Below are positions 43,996 through 54,216 of a stretch of 64,000 bases of DNA, piece after piece (within the stretch, counting starts at the first letter, position 1; each line of letters opens with the position of its first letter). Both the position numbers and the translations under genes were made by a program. The DNA is from Thermoanaerobaculia bacterium (GTDB taxonomy: Bacteria; Acidobacteriota; Thermoanaerobaculia; UBA5066; Gp7-AA6). Where the stretch lies: positions 27,661 to 91,660 of the forward strand of contig JBBDKM010000029.1 of the NCBI GenBank assembly GCA_040879385.1, read 5' to 3'. The notes under the pieces were generated by a model, which was not told where the DNA came from, searched no databases, and worked only from the letters and a program-made list of their open reading frames with translations.

Positions 43996-45717
43996 CTAAG
44001 GCTTCTTGGGCGTGGGCTTGGGGGCGGCGGCCTTAGGAGCCGACTTCGGCGGCAGCGTCCCGTCCGGCATGAGAACGACGAAGTCCTCCTTGCGCTCGAT
44101 GCCCTTGTTGGCGGCCGAGCCGCGGGGGGCGTTCAGGTCGCGCACCGAGATGCGGAAGGTGTAGTAGCCCGGCTCGAACGAGGCGAGCGGGATCTCCGTT
44201 CCCGTTCCGTAGTAACGGCTGCCGATCGGCAGCAGGTCGGCCGGCCCCGTGAAGGGCGCGAAGGCGTCCTGGCCGTCCTTCTGCACGTTGATTCGGGTCA
44301 TGACGCGCGGCTTGGAAGCGTCCGGCGCGGCCGGCGGCGTGGCGGGCGCGCCCGCGCCCGGCGTGGCGCTCGGCGCCGGAGCCGCGGCTTCGGCGGGGAC
44401 CCCCGGGTTCGAGACGGTGTAGAAGTACCAGAGGCTGTCCTGCTTCGAGAAGAGGTGGTCCCCCTTGGGCTCGACCTTGATCGGCTTCTCGGTCCCGAAG
44501 ACGAACGGATCGGCGGGGCCCGGACGCTTGGCCAGCGGCACGAGGCCGCTCGAGAGAATCAGGGGCGAGACGGCAAATTCCTCGGACTTGGGATCGATCT
44601 TGAAGGACACCGTAGAGGAGGAGACGGGGGGCTGGCCCTCGGCGGGGAAGAGACCGAAGACTCCTTTGTAGCTGCCGGGCGGCAGCACGACGGAGCGGTC
44701 CAGCGCCCGGTCCTTGCGTCCGGCCTCGGCGATCTCCGAGAACGCGGCGTCCTCCCAGAAAGACTCGACTTCTTTCCCCGACTCGTCATGGATCAGTCCT
44801 CCGAACTTGAGCGGGGCCCCCGACGCGAAAGCGGGCTTGTTCGACGGCAGGTAGTACTGGAGCGCGAGGAACGAGTCTCCGGAGGAGGACCGGAACGTCC
44901 CCGACCAGAAGGACGCGTCGCCCTCGTTCTTTCCGGCGGCGGCCTCGAGCGCCGACTTGACGGCCGCCGGCAGCGGCATCGTGGGAACGGAGGCCGCCGG
45001 CGCGGCAGCGGCCGGAGCGGCGCCTGTCGCGGCCGGCGCACCCATGGCCGGCGGTACGGCGGCGGGCCGCGGCGCACTCGCCGCGGGGGCTCCAGCGGCC
45101 GGCGGGGTACCGACGGTCGCGTTGGGATTCACGATCGATTTGTCGGCGATCGTGGCCATCGCCTTGTCGGCGGCCGAGGCGTTCTGAAACTCGTCGTTGC
45201 CGCGCTGGGGATCCAGCGCGACCCGTACGCGCAGGTCGCCCAGCCCCCAGGAGGGGTCGAACTTGTCCTCGTCGTAGATCCAGGTCTGCACGGTCGTCAC
45301 GCCCCCGGCGACCGATTCCACGCCGGGGTCCCGAAGACCCGTGTCCGGGGTCGCCTGGCCGTCCATGGGCCCTCCGAGACCGGACTGCAGGACCCGGCTG
45401 GGGTTTCCGAGCACGATGAAGAGGCGCCCGCGCGCCGACTCGGACCCCTTCTGACGGCGGCCCTTGAACTGCTCGTCGGCCGCCGCGATCCGCCGCCGCA
45501 TCCCGTCGCGGAACGGCTCGCCCCCGCGCCTGGCGAAGTAGAGGGCGATGAACTTATCGGCCCCCTCGTCGGTCGAGACGTTCTTCCACTCGGCGCGCTC
45601 GGCCGGAGTCAGGAAGTAGGCCTCCGGTGTCTTGTCCCAGTCCTTGTATTTCGACAGCTGCGCCAGCGCGGCCGCGGTGATGACGAGGCCGGCGAGAGCA
45701 AAATAGATCTTTTTCAC
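43996..45717 (-). CDS. GWxTD-like domain-containing secreted protein with Ala/Pro-rich linkers
   Basis: KDWDKTPEAYFLTPAERAEWKNVSTDEGADKFIALYFARRG...GSESARGRLFIVLGNP resembles the GWxTD domain. The GTG at 45717 has the RBS GGGAGGA; an ATG at 45738 is the alternative start. Confidence 0.7.
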   Translation of the reverse strand: MKKIYFALAGLVITAAALAQLSKYKDWDKTPEAYFLTPAERAEWKNVSTDEGADKFIALYFARRGGEPFRDGMRRRIAAADEQFKGRRQKGSESARGRLFIVLGNPSRVLQSGLGGPMDGQATPDTGLRDPGVESVAGGVTTVQTWIYDEDKFDPSWGLGDLRVRVALDPQRGNDEFQNASAADKAMATIADKSIVNPNATVGTPPAAGAPAASAPRPAAVPPAMGAPAATGAAPAAAAPAASVPTMPLPAAVKSALEAAAGKNEGDASFWSGTFRSSSGDSFLALQYYLPSNKPAFASGAPLKFGGLIHDESGKEVESFWEDAAFSEIAEAGRKDRALDRSVVLPPGSYKGVFGLFPAEGQPPVSSSTVSFKIDPKSEEFAVSPLILSSGLVPLAKRPGPADPFVFGTEKPIKVEPKGDHLFSKQDSLWYFYTVSNPGVPAEAAAPAPSATPGAGAPATPPAAPDASKPRVMTRINVQKDGQDAFAPFTGPADLLPIGSRYYGTGTEIPLASFEPGYYTFRISVRDLNAPRGSAANKGIERKEDFVVLMPDGTLPPKSAPKAAAPKPTPKKP

Positions 45718-45770
45718 AAATCCTCCCAAAGGGTTCATCAGAAGGGGCAGATTCTATAGCGGAAGCGCGG

Positions 45771-45800
45771 AGAAAGCAGGCGGCCCGGGGGCCGGGCCGC
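45771..45800 (-). terminator. probable terminator of the dnaK-hsp20-hspR unit
   Basis: Minus strand reads GCGGCCC-ggccccc-GGGCCGC followed by CTGCTTTCT, 18 nt after the hspR stop. Confidence 0.45.
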
Positions 45801-45817
45801 GAAGAGGAAGCGACTGC

Positions 45818-46210
45818 CTAGCGGCGTTCCGTCTTGACCACGGAGTACCCCCGGCCCGGGATCTTGGCCAGGGCGAGGGTCTGGGACCCGCCTTTCCGTG
45901 TTCCCAGCTCCTCCCGCAGCACCCCGAGAATCTTCTGGACCTCGCCGTGCATCGTCTCCATCCGCTGTTTCATGTGCAGGATGACCTCGACGCCGGCGAG
46001 GTTGACGCCCAGGTGCCGGGTCAACGTCAGGATGATCTCCAGTCGCTCGATCGTGTCGGTGTCGTAAAGACGCGTATTTCCCCCGGTCCGGGCCGGCCGG
46101 AGGAGCCCTTCGCGCTCGTACATGCGGAGGGTCTGGGGGTGGATCCCGTAGCGCTCCGCGATCGCGCCAATCCGGAAAACCCCGGACCGCTCCCTCTCCC
46201 GGCTCTTCAT
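45818..46210 (-). CDS. hspR: MerR-family heat-shock transcriptional repressor HspR-like
   Basis: HTH FRIGAIAERYGIHPQTLRMYEREGLLRP. Last gene of the dnaK-hsp20 cluster. Start overlaps the hsp20 stop (ATGA). Confidence 0.85.
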   Translation of the reverse strand: MKSRERERSGVFRIGAIAERYGIHPQTLRMYEREGLLRPARTGGNTRLYDTDTIERLEIILTLTRHLGVNLAGVEVILHMKQRMETMHGEVQKILGVLREELGTRKGGSQTLALAKIPGRGYSVVKTERR

Positions 46211-46659
46211 CGAGCCTTCCTCGGCTCGACTGAGATCGGCTGGGCGCGGTCCGACTTGGGGGCCACGACTCGAAGCACTCCAGCGCGCAGCGTCGCCTTG
46301 ATCAACGCCGCATCGAGCGAGGCCGGGATCGGAAACTCCCGTGAGAAGGAGCCGTAGATCCGCTCCATCCGCACGAAGTGCCGCGGCTCCGCTCCGGTCC
46401 AGGCCTTGCGGAGCCCGGCGATCCGCAGCTTACCGTCGAGGGCCTCGAGCCGCACGTCGTCGAGCCGCACCCCGGGGAGCTCGATGTTCAGGATGATCTC
46501 CTCGGGCGTCTCGTACACGTCCGCCGCCGGAGACCAGAGGGCCGCGTCCAGACCCTCGTCGGGAAACTCGGTGCGGTGGATCGTCTCTTCGAACAGGCGA
46601 TTGACCTTTTCCTGGATGGCGAAAAGGTCCTGAAGCGAATTCCAGCGAAAGACGGTCAT
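46207..46659 (-). CDS. Hsp20/alpha-crystallin family small heat-shock protein
   Basis: Alpha-crystallin domain ([19 protein letters not shown]..., GVLRVVAPK). Confidence 0.95.
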   Translation of the reverse strand: MTVFRWNSLQDLFAIQEKVNRLFEETIHRTEFPDEGLDAALWSPAADVYETPEEIILNIELPGVRLDDVRLEALDGKLRIAGLRKAWTGAEPRHFVRMERIYGSFSREFPIPASLDAALIKATLRAGVLRVVAPKSDRAQPISVEPRKAR

Positions 46660-46731
46660 GGAGATGCCGTCAACAGTCTACAGTTGGGCGCCCCTTTTTT
46701 TTTACCGAAGCGCCGAAACCGCCGCCGCCGC

Positions 46732-46756
46732 GCTGTCAACTGCTGGCTGTCAACTG
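46732..46756. repeat. direct repeat GCTGTCAACTG x2 (14-nt period) immediately after the dnaK stop
   Basis: GCTGTCAACTG-ctg-GCTGTCAACTG. On the minus strand each copy reads CAGTTGACAGC. A related AGTTGACAGT contains the dnaK -35 at 48734..48743. Confidence 0.8.
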
Positions 46757-46761
46757 TCGAC

Positions 46762-48675
<1,914 letters not shown>

Positions 48676-48713
48676 GTTCGATTGCTCCTCTAAACCTCTA
48701 TTTGAGAGTCGCG

Positions 48714-48742
48714 ACTATAGAACATGAGTCAAGTACTGTCAA
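48714..48742 (-). promoter_or_regulatory. sigma70-type dnaK promoter: TTGACA-N17-TATAGT
   Basis: Minus strand has TTGACA (48742..48737), a 17-nt spacer, then TATAGT (48719..48714). The 10-bp perfect palindrome AGTCGCGACT (48707..48716) overlaps the -10/+1 region. The leader of about 30 nt carries GAGGAG. Confidence 0.6.
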
Positions 48743-48787
48743 CTAACTTGGCCGGAAGCTTAAGCCATTAAGACTCATATCTTGAGC

Positions 48788-50056
48788 CTACTCGACGACC
48801 AGAACACTCGGCCGGTCGGGTAGCTGCACCGGCCGTGAGGTTGCCGGACGGAGCTCTGAAACGGGCGCGAGACTCCGCTCGAGCGACAGATCCAGGTCGA
48901 TCTGGCCGCGGGCGTTGCGCCCGTAGAGGCCGAATTTGCCGTCCTCCGCCCGCAGAATGTAGCGGTAGAAGCGTCCGTACGGGTCCCGCAGCGCATCCTC
49001 CTCGAGGATACCCGCCACCACCAGGTCTTCGAGGCTCTGCGGATAACGCCCGCTCGAGTCGTAGAAGACGCGCACGGCCCGCTCGATCGCCACCGCACGG
49101 TTCAAGGAGATCGCCTTGCGGAACTCGGCGATCTCGAGAACCTCGCCGGGCGGCCGAAGGAGGAGATTGGCGGGATTGCGCGGGATCACGTAGATCGAGA
49201 CCGCGGCCAGCACGAGGAGCGCCGCCCAGAGCCCGAGCGCGCGTCCCGGCGGGGCGTGCGGAGCGGCGGGAGCGAGAGCCCGCGGCCCCGGACCGGGAGG
49301 CTCCTCCTCGATTCGACCGGGCTCGATCAGGTGCCGCCCGATCAGGTCCGCGGTGCCCTTCAGGACTTCGAAGTCGGAGAGGAAGGCGCGTTCCATGATG
49401 TCGCCGACGGAGCGCTTCCCGTCGATCCACCGCCACGTCTCGGCTTCGGACTTGGTGACCGACAGCGTCCCCTCGGGCGGGTTTTTCTCGCCGACGGTGA
49501 GGTTCAGGGTCTCGACACCGGGCGCTCGGCGGTAGACCGTCTCGAGCGATCCGACCTTCTTCTCGAAGAGTGGCCACTCGTCGACCATCTGCGCGGCTTC
49601 CATCAGGATGGTTTCGGTGGAAACGGGGGCCATGTGGTCCGCGTCGTAGTCGACCATGCCCTCCTGGCTGAACCGGAATCGGCCGTCCGGCCAGCGAAAC
49701 GCCGAGTAAACGATCCGCGCGATCTGCAGGCGCAGGGCCTGGTGCAGCTCCTGCGGATCGACCAGCCGCTCCCGCACGAGGAGGAATCCCATGCGCTGCT
49801 GGGTCTCCTTCTGGGTCGCCAGGATGCCGTCGAGCTGCTCCTGCGTCACGTAGCCCGCCCGGATCAAGAGGTTGCCCAGCCGATTCTCCAGCCGGCGCTC
49901 GGCCGACTCGGCGGCGATGACTTTGCCGCCGAGGAAGGAGATCGTCACGGTGTCGTCCTCGCCCTCGACGATGAGGACACCCGTTTTCCGCTGAAGCCCG
50001 AGCATCTGGAAGATGTCGGTCAGCGAGAAGACCTTGAGGGTTCCTTCAAGACCCAC
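48788..50056 (-). CDS. DUF4388 domain protein with central TM helix and C-terminal GspG/pseudopilin-like globular domain
   Basis: N-terminus GLEGTLKVFSLTDIFQMLGLQRKTGVLIV (DUF4388). TM helix ALGLWAALLVLAAVSIYVI. The C-terminal FYDSSGRYPQSLEDLVVAGILEEDALRDPYGRFYRY resembles the T2SS protein G core. GTG start. Confidence 0.75.
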   Translation of the reverse strand: MGLEGTLKVFSLTDIFQMLGLQRKTGVLIVEGEDDTVTISFLGGKVIAAESAERRLENRLGNLLIRAGYVTQEQLDGILATQKETQQRMGFLLVRERLVDPQELHQALRLQIARIVYSAFRWPDGRFRFSQEGMVDYDADHMAPVSTETILMEAAQMVDEWPLFEKKVGSLETVYRRAPGVETLNLTVGEKNPPEGTLSVTKSEAETWRWIDGKRSVGDIMERAFLSDFEVLKGTADLIGRHLIEPGRIEEEPPGPGPRALAPAAPHAPPGRALGLWAALLVLAAVSIYVIPRNPANLLLRPPGEVLEIAEFRKAISLNRAVAIERAVRVFYDSSGRYPQSLEDLVVAGILEEDALRDPYGRFYRYILRAEDGKFGLYGRNARGQIDLDLSLERSLAPVSELRPATSRPVQLPDRPSVLVVE

Positions 50057-51974
50057 CGGAGGACCTCCTCGCCGCGAGCTGTGCCCGCAACCAGACCGCC
50101 GCCGCCAGGATCGCGCCGGCGACGACCGTGAGCCGGATAGGCCCCGACGCCGGGAGCGTGAGCGGGTCGAAAAGGCGCAGACCTACGAGCGCGGCCGCTA
50201 GGCCGAAGAAAAACACGAAAGCCGCCACGGCGCCCGCCGCGGGGCGCTCGACCCCGAACGCGACCGCACCGGGCGCCAGGAGCGACACGATCCGCCTGGC
50301 GCGATGCCGCCAGGTCAGGCGGTGCTCCAGGGCCCTCGCCTCCGCCGCCTGCTCACCGATGTCGACACTCTCCTTGCGCAAAGCGAGGCGCGCGCACGCG
50401 GAGCAGTAAAGCTTCGGATCTCCGTAGCGCCGGCAGCGGTTGCAGAAGGCGCGGCCGCAGCGCTGGCATTCGGCGGCGAGGCCGCGGCGGCGCAGACGCT
50501 CGAGGAGGGCCCCGAGGGCGAGCGCGGCGAGCGGCGGCAGCGACCAGACCGAGACCAGCCCGCGCCAGCCGTGCGCCGCCCCGTGCCCGGGAAGCCGGCG
50601 GCTCTTGGGCTGCGCGTTCCACTCCGCGATCCGGCTGTGGGCCCGGGCCACGGAGTAACCGGCCGGCACGACTCGGAAGAGGGTCGGCGCATCGGCCCAT
50701 CCGTTGACCCGAGACGGCGAGATCTCCCGCGCGCGCGCCATGTCCCGGGCCTGCCCGTCGAAGTCGTATGCTTCGCCGCGCGCGAGCGACAGGTTGTAGA
50801 AGACCTCCGCGGCGTCGGGGGCACGGATGGACGCCTCGAAGTAGTCGCGGATGGCCTCGCCGTAGTCGCCCTCGGTGAAACGCACGTTCCCGCGATTCAG
50901 GATCGGCCGGTAGTCGTTGGGGTCCGCGTGCATTGCCCGGCCGTAGTCGGATTGCGCCCGCTCGTAGTCGCCGGCCCGTTCCGCGTAGACGCCGAGCAGG
51001 AACCAGACGTCGGAGTCTTCCGGGAAAACGGCCGACGCCTGGCGCAGGCCGTCCTCGGCGCTCGCGTCCTCGCGGCGTTCGGCCAGATCCACCGCCGACA
51101 CCAGGAGCGGCGACCGCTGCTCGATGTTCTCGCGGGTCAGCCACGAGACCAGGGGCGGCACCAGGGCGAGCAGGAAGAACCCCGCGACGAGAACGGCGCG
51201 CTCTCGCTTCTCCGCGTAGGGATAGAGCAGCGCCCCCCAGTACAGGATCAGCCAGAGGGGCCCGAACCCGAGGAAGAGCGGCAAGCCCAGGATGGCCAGC
51301 GCCAGCGGGAGCGCGGCGCTCCTTCCGAAGAGGCGGTTGGCCGTTTCCCGAATGTCGTGAGCGGCCCGGGGAAAGTGGCGCAGGCCGAGGGCGAGAATCG
51401 TGACCATCAGCATGCCGCCGATCGCGCACGCGGCCCAGAGCCCGATCGAGGAGAAGATCGCCACGCGCGACTCGTGCGTCGAGAAGAGCGCGACGGCGGC
51501 CGCGGGAAGCGAGCCGAGCGCCTCGAGAGTCCGGCCCTGGCGCACCTGGAACGACAGCCGGGCCAGAATGGCGTCCGGGTTGGCGCCGTCGAGCCGGAGC
51601 GCCGCTTCGTAGGCCCGGAAGGCCCGCTCCTCCGCCTGTCCGAGCTCTTCGGCGCGCCGGCCCAGGTACACGGCGGTCCGGGAAAAGTCCGACAGATGGT
51701 GCACGCCGACCTTGCGCGCGGCTCGCACCATGCCGTCGAGCGCCCGGGCCGCGGCCGCGGAGTCGTTCTCGGAGAAGGCGGAGAGAAACTCGAACCACTG
51801 CGAACGATAGAGGCTGCGCGTGACGGGCGGAGGCAGGGGCGAGAGCGAGTCCTGCGCGCGCGCGGGCGGCGCAGAAAGGACGAGGGCCGCCGCGAGGACG
51901 GCGAGGACGCAGGAATTGGCAGCCGTGAGGCAGGCGAACCTGGCCGACGGCCCTCCGCCGCGTCGAGAGAACAT
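50046..51974 (-). CDS. TPR-repeat polytopic membrane protein with cytoplasmic Cys-rich zinc-ribbon segment
   Basis: Real start MFSRRGGGPSARFACLTAANSCVLAVLAAALVLSAPPARA. TPR-like repeats (…AERAGDYERAQSDYGRAMHADPNDY…GDYGEAIRDYFEA…). CQRCGRAFCNRCRRYGDPKLYCSAC. Several TM helices. The upstream part of the track ORF is artefact. Confidence 0.75.
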   Translation of the reverse strand: MFSRRGGGPSARFACLTAANSCVLAVLAAALVLSAPPARAQDSLSPLPPPVTRSLYRSQWFEFLSAFSENDSAAAARALDGMVRAARKVGVHHLSDFSRTAVYLGRRAEELGQAEERAFRAYEAALRLDGANPDAILARLSFQVRQGRTLEALGSLPAAAVALFSTHESRVAIFSSIGLWAACAIGGMLMVTILALGLRHFPRAAHDIRETANRLFGRSAALPLALAILGLPLFLGFGPLWLILYWGALLYPYAEKRERAVLVAGFFLLALVPPLVSWLTRENIEQRSPLLVSAVDLAERREDASAEDGLRQASAVFPEDSDVWFLLGVYAERAGDYERAQSDYGRAMHADPNDYRPILNRGNVRFTEGDYGEAIRDYFEASIRAPDAAEVFYNLSLARGEAYDFDGQARDMARAREISPSRVNGWADAPTLFRVVPAGYSVARAHSRIAEWNAQPKSRRLPGHGAAHGWRGLVSVWSLPPLAALALGALLERLRRRGLAAECQRCGRAFCNRCRRYGDPKLYCSACARLALRKESVDIGEQAAEARALEHRLTWRHRARRIVSLLAPGAVAFGVERPAAGAVAAFVFFFGLAAALVGLRLFDPLTLPASGPIRLTVVAGAILAAAVWLRAQLAARRSSGGS

Positions 51975-51985
51975 CCTTCCGCGGC

Positions 51986-52438
51986 CTATCGCGGCGGCTC
52001 CCGGCCCGGCGGGCGCACCACCTCGACGTAGGCCAGGCGCAGCTCGTAGAGGACCTTCGCGAGCAGGTCCGACTCCTCGAAAGCGAGATTTCCGCGCGTC
52101 TTCTCCTCGAGGACCCCGAGCCAGTCGATCATCTGCCTCGCGGCCGCCGGCTCCGGGCGCGGGAGGCGCTCCCCCGTCATCGGATCGATGCCGAGCGCCG
52201 CGTAGACGTTGGAGGCGAGAAAGCTGACGAGCCCGATGAACGCCTGCGACGCGACGCGGTCGGTCCCGGGGTCCGGCGCCGGGGCGCTCCCCTCCATTCC
52301 GGCCGGCGGGCGGGATGGGGCCTCCGGAGCCTGCGGCGGCTCGGGCTTCTCTTCCGCCTCGAAATCCGGACGCAGCTGCCCGTCGGACGTGAACATCCGG
52401 CGATCGACGACCCGGATGGGTTTTTCCTCTTCGGCCAT
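51986..52438 (-). CDS. DUF1844 domain-containing protein
   Basis: FIGLVSFLASNVYAALG...ARQMIDWLGVLEEKTRGNLAFEESDLLAKVLYELRLAYVE matches the DUF1844 pattern. A GTG at 52444 is the alternative start. Confidence 0.78.
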   Translation of the reverse strand: MAEEEKPIRVVDRRMFTSDGQLRPDFEAEEKPEPPQAPEAPSRPPAGMEGSAPAPDPGTDRVASQAFIGLVSFLASNVYAALGIDPMTGERLPRPEPAAARQMIDWLGVLEEKTRGNLAFEESDLLAKVLYELRLAYVEVVRPPGREPPR

Positions 52439-52529
52439 CGCCACCGTCCTTCGACTGGGAAAGAGGAATCTTAACCCGTCGGCGCGCCGCGCGCCTCGGC
52501 CGGGCCGGAGCGGCGGGTATGATCCGCTC

Positions 52530-53297
52530 GTGTCCGACGACCTCGACCGCCTCGCCGCGCTGGTCGCCCGTCTGCGCCGGGAGTGCCCCTGGGACCGGGA
52601 ACAGTCCTTCGAGACCCTGAAGACCTATCTTCTGGAGGAAACCTACGAGACCCTGGCCGCCCTCGACACGGGTGAGCCGGAGCCCCTCCGCGACGAGCTC
52701 GGCGATCTGCTCTTTCAGGTCTTCTTCCTGGCGCGGCTGTCCGAGGAGAAGGGCCGCTTCGGCATCGACGAGGTCGCGCGCGCCGTCACCGCGAAGATGA
52801 TCGAGCGCCATCCGCATGTCTTCGGCGAGACGCCCGCGGGCAGCGCCGAGGAAGTCAAGAGCACCTGGGAACGGCGCAAGCGCCGGCAGCCCGACGTTGA
52901 GGACGACCCTCTCGGGAGCCTCCCCGCCGCCCTTCCGGCGCTCGCGACCGCCTACCGGCAGACCCAGCGCGCGGCGGACCTGGGCTTCGACTGGGAGCGG
53001 GACGCCGACATGGCCGCCAAGATCGAGGAGGAGCTCGCCGAGTGGCGGGCGGCCGAGAAGGCGCAGGATGCCGCCGGCGAGACGCACGAGATCGGGGACC
53101 TCCTCCTCTCGGTCGTCAACCTCGCGCGGCGCCGGAAGATCGACCCCGAGAGCGCCCTGCGCCGGTCCAACCGGCGGTTCCGCGAGCGTTTCGCGGCCGT
53201 GGCGCGCAAGGCGCGCGCGGGCGGACGGGATGTGTCGGAAACGCCGATGGCCGAGCTCGACGCGTACTGGGAGGAAGCGAAGAAAGCCGGAGCGTGA
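52530..53297 (+). CDS. mazG: nucleoside triphosphate pyrophosphohydrolase MazG
   Basis: LRRECPWDREQSFETLKTYLLEETYE..., ELGDLLFQVFF, HPHVF, and a second MazG repeat (EELAEW..., IGDLLLSVVNLAR). The GTG lies 6 nt after TATGAT. Confidence 0.9.
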   Translation: MSDDLDRLAALVARLRRECPWDREQSFETLKTYLLEETYETLAALDTGEPEPLRDELGDLLFQVFFLARLSEEKGRFGIDEVARAVTAKMIERHPHVFGETPAGSAEEVKSTWERRKRRQPDVEDDPLGSLPAALPALATAYRQTQRAADLGFDWERDADMAAKIEEELAEWRAAEKAQDAAGETHEIGDLLLSVVNLARRRKIDPESALRRSNRRFRERFAAVARKARAGGRDVSETPMAELDAYWEEAKKAGA

Positions 53298-53303
53298 GCG
53301 CCC

Positions 53304-54203
53304 CTACTTCACCAGCTCCGTCACTCTCACCACGCGGACACCCTCTTTCACCAACCCCGGCAAGTCGCGCTCCAGTACCGCGAGTGTCGCCGGATATGGG
53401 TGCCCGATCGCGATCGCGCTGCCCTCTTTGCGCGCACGCCGCACGAGCTCGGCCAGCTGCGCCCGCACGGCGGCCTCGGTCGAGACGTCGTCGAGGAAGA
53501 CGCGACGGCGGGCGGCAGGCACCCAAGACTCCTCCGCGACACGCTCGGCGACGGTCGCATCCGTCGTCCGGCTGTCCAGGAAGAAGAGGCCGCGCCCCGA
53601 GAGCACGCGCGCCACCGTCCGCATGACGCGGGGATCCGCTGTGGCGGCCGAGCCCATGTGGTTGTTGACCCCCACGGCGCCCGGAACCGAGTCGAGGTCC
53701 TCCTCGAGGATCCGGACGATCTCCGGGTCGGACTGCGTCCGCAGGATCACGCCCGGGCCGGGGCGCACGTTCGGATAGCCCGCGGGCTCCATCGGAAGGT
53801 GAAGCAGCACTTCCTTGCCTCCGCGGGAAAGCGTCCGGGCCGATGCCGCGCTGAAGCGCAACCCCGGCAGCACGGCGCCGGCGACAGGGTCCCGCCAGCC
53901 CGCGATGCGCTCGGCCGGGCCGAGCTCGTTGCCCAGATCGTCGATGACGATGGCCACCCGCACCGGCGCCCGGGCGGAGCTTCGAGCGCGATCGGGGGCG
54001 CGGGTCGGCCGTGGCGCGGGTTCCGGAGGCACGGGGGAACGGCGAGGTCGCATCGGTCGAGCCGCAGGGCGCGGCGGCGCCGGAGGTTTGGCTTGGGGAC
54101 GCCCCGAAGGGCAGGCCTTCCACAAGAGCGCGGCCCCCAGGACGAGGGAAAGAAGAGCGAAGAAGACCGTCGTCCGGGAAATGCGGCGCGGGCGGCGGCT
54201 CAA
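53304..54203 (-). CDS. divergent polysaccharide deacetylase family protein (YibQ-like)
   Basis: N-terminal TM, then VAIVIDDLG, LLHLPMEP, GVNNHMGS, FFLDSRTT, IAIGHPYP. Start codon uncertain (TTG at 54203). Confidence 0.85.
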   Translation of the reverse strand: MSRRPRRISRTTVFFALLSLVLGAALLWKACPSGRPQAKPPAPPRPAARPMRPRRSPVPPEPAPRPTRAPDRARSSARAPVRVAIVIDDLGNELGPAERIAGWRDPVAGAVLPGLRFSAASARTLSRGGKEVLLHLPMEPAGYPNVRPGPGVILRTQSDPEIVRILEEDLDSVPGAVGVNNHMGSAATADPRVMRTVARVLSGRGLFFLDSRTTDATVAERVAEESWVPAARRRVFLDDVSTEAAVRAQLAELVRRARKEGSAIAIGHPYPATLAVLERDLPGLVKEGVRVVRVTELVK

Positions 54204-54216
54204 CGGGTCCGGGGCT

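Noticed and set aside
48676-48787. Canonical HAIR (CTTGAGT-N7-ACTCAAG) or CIRCE (TTAGCACTC-N9-GAGTGCTAA) operators upstream of dnaK.
   Set aside because: I found only loose half-site resemblances (CTTGAG at 48781, TTGACTCAT on the minus strand) with the wrong spacing. No acceptable match by eye.
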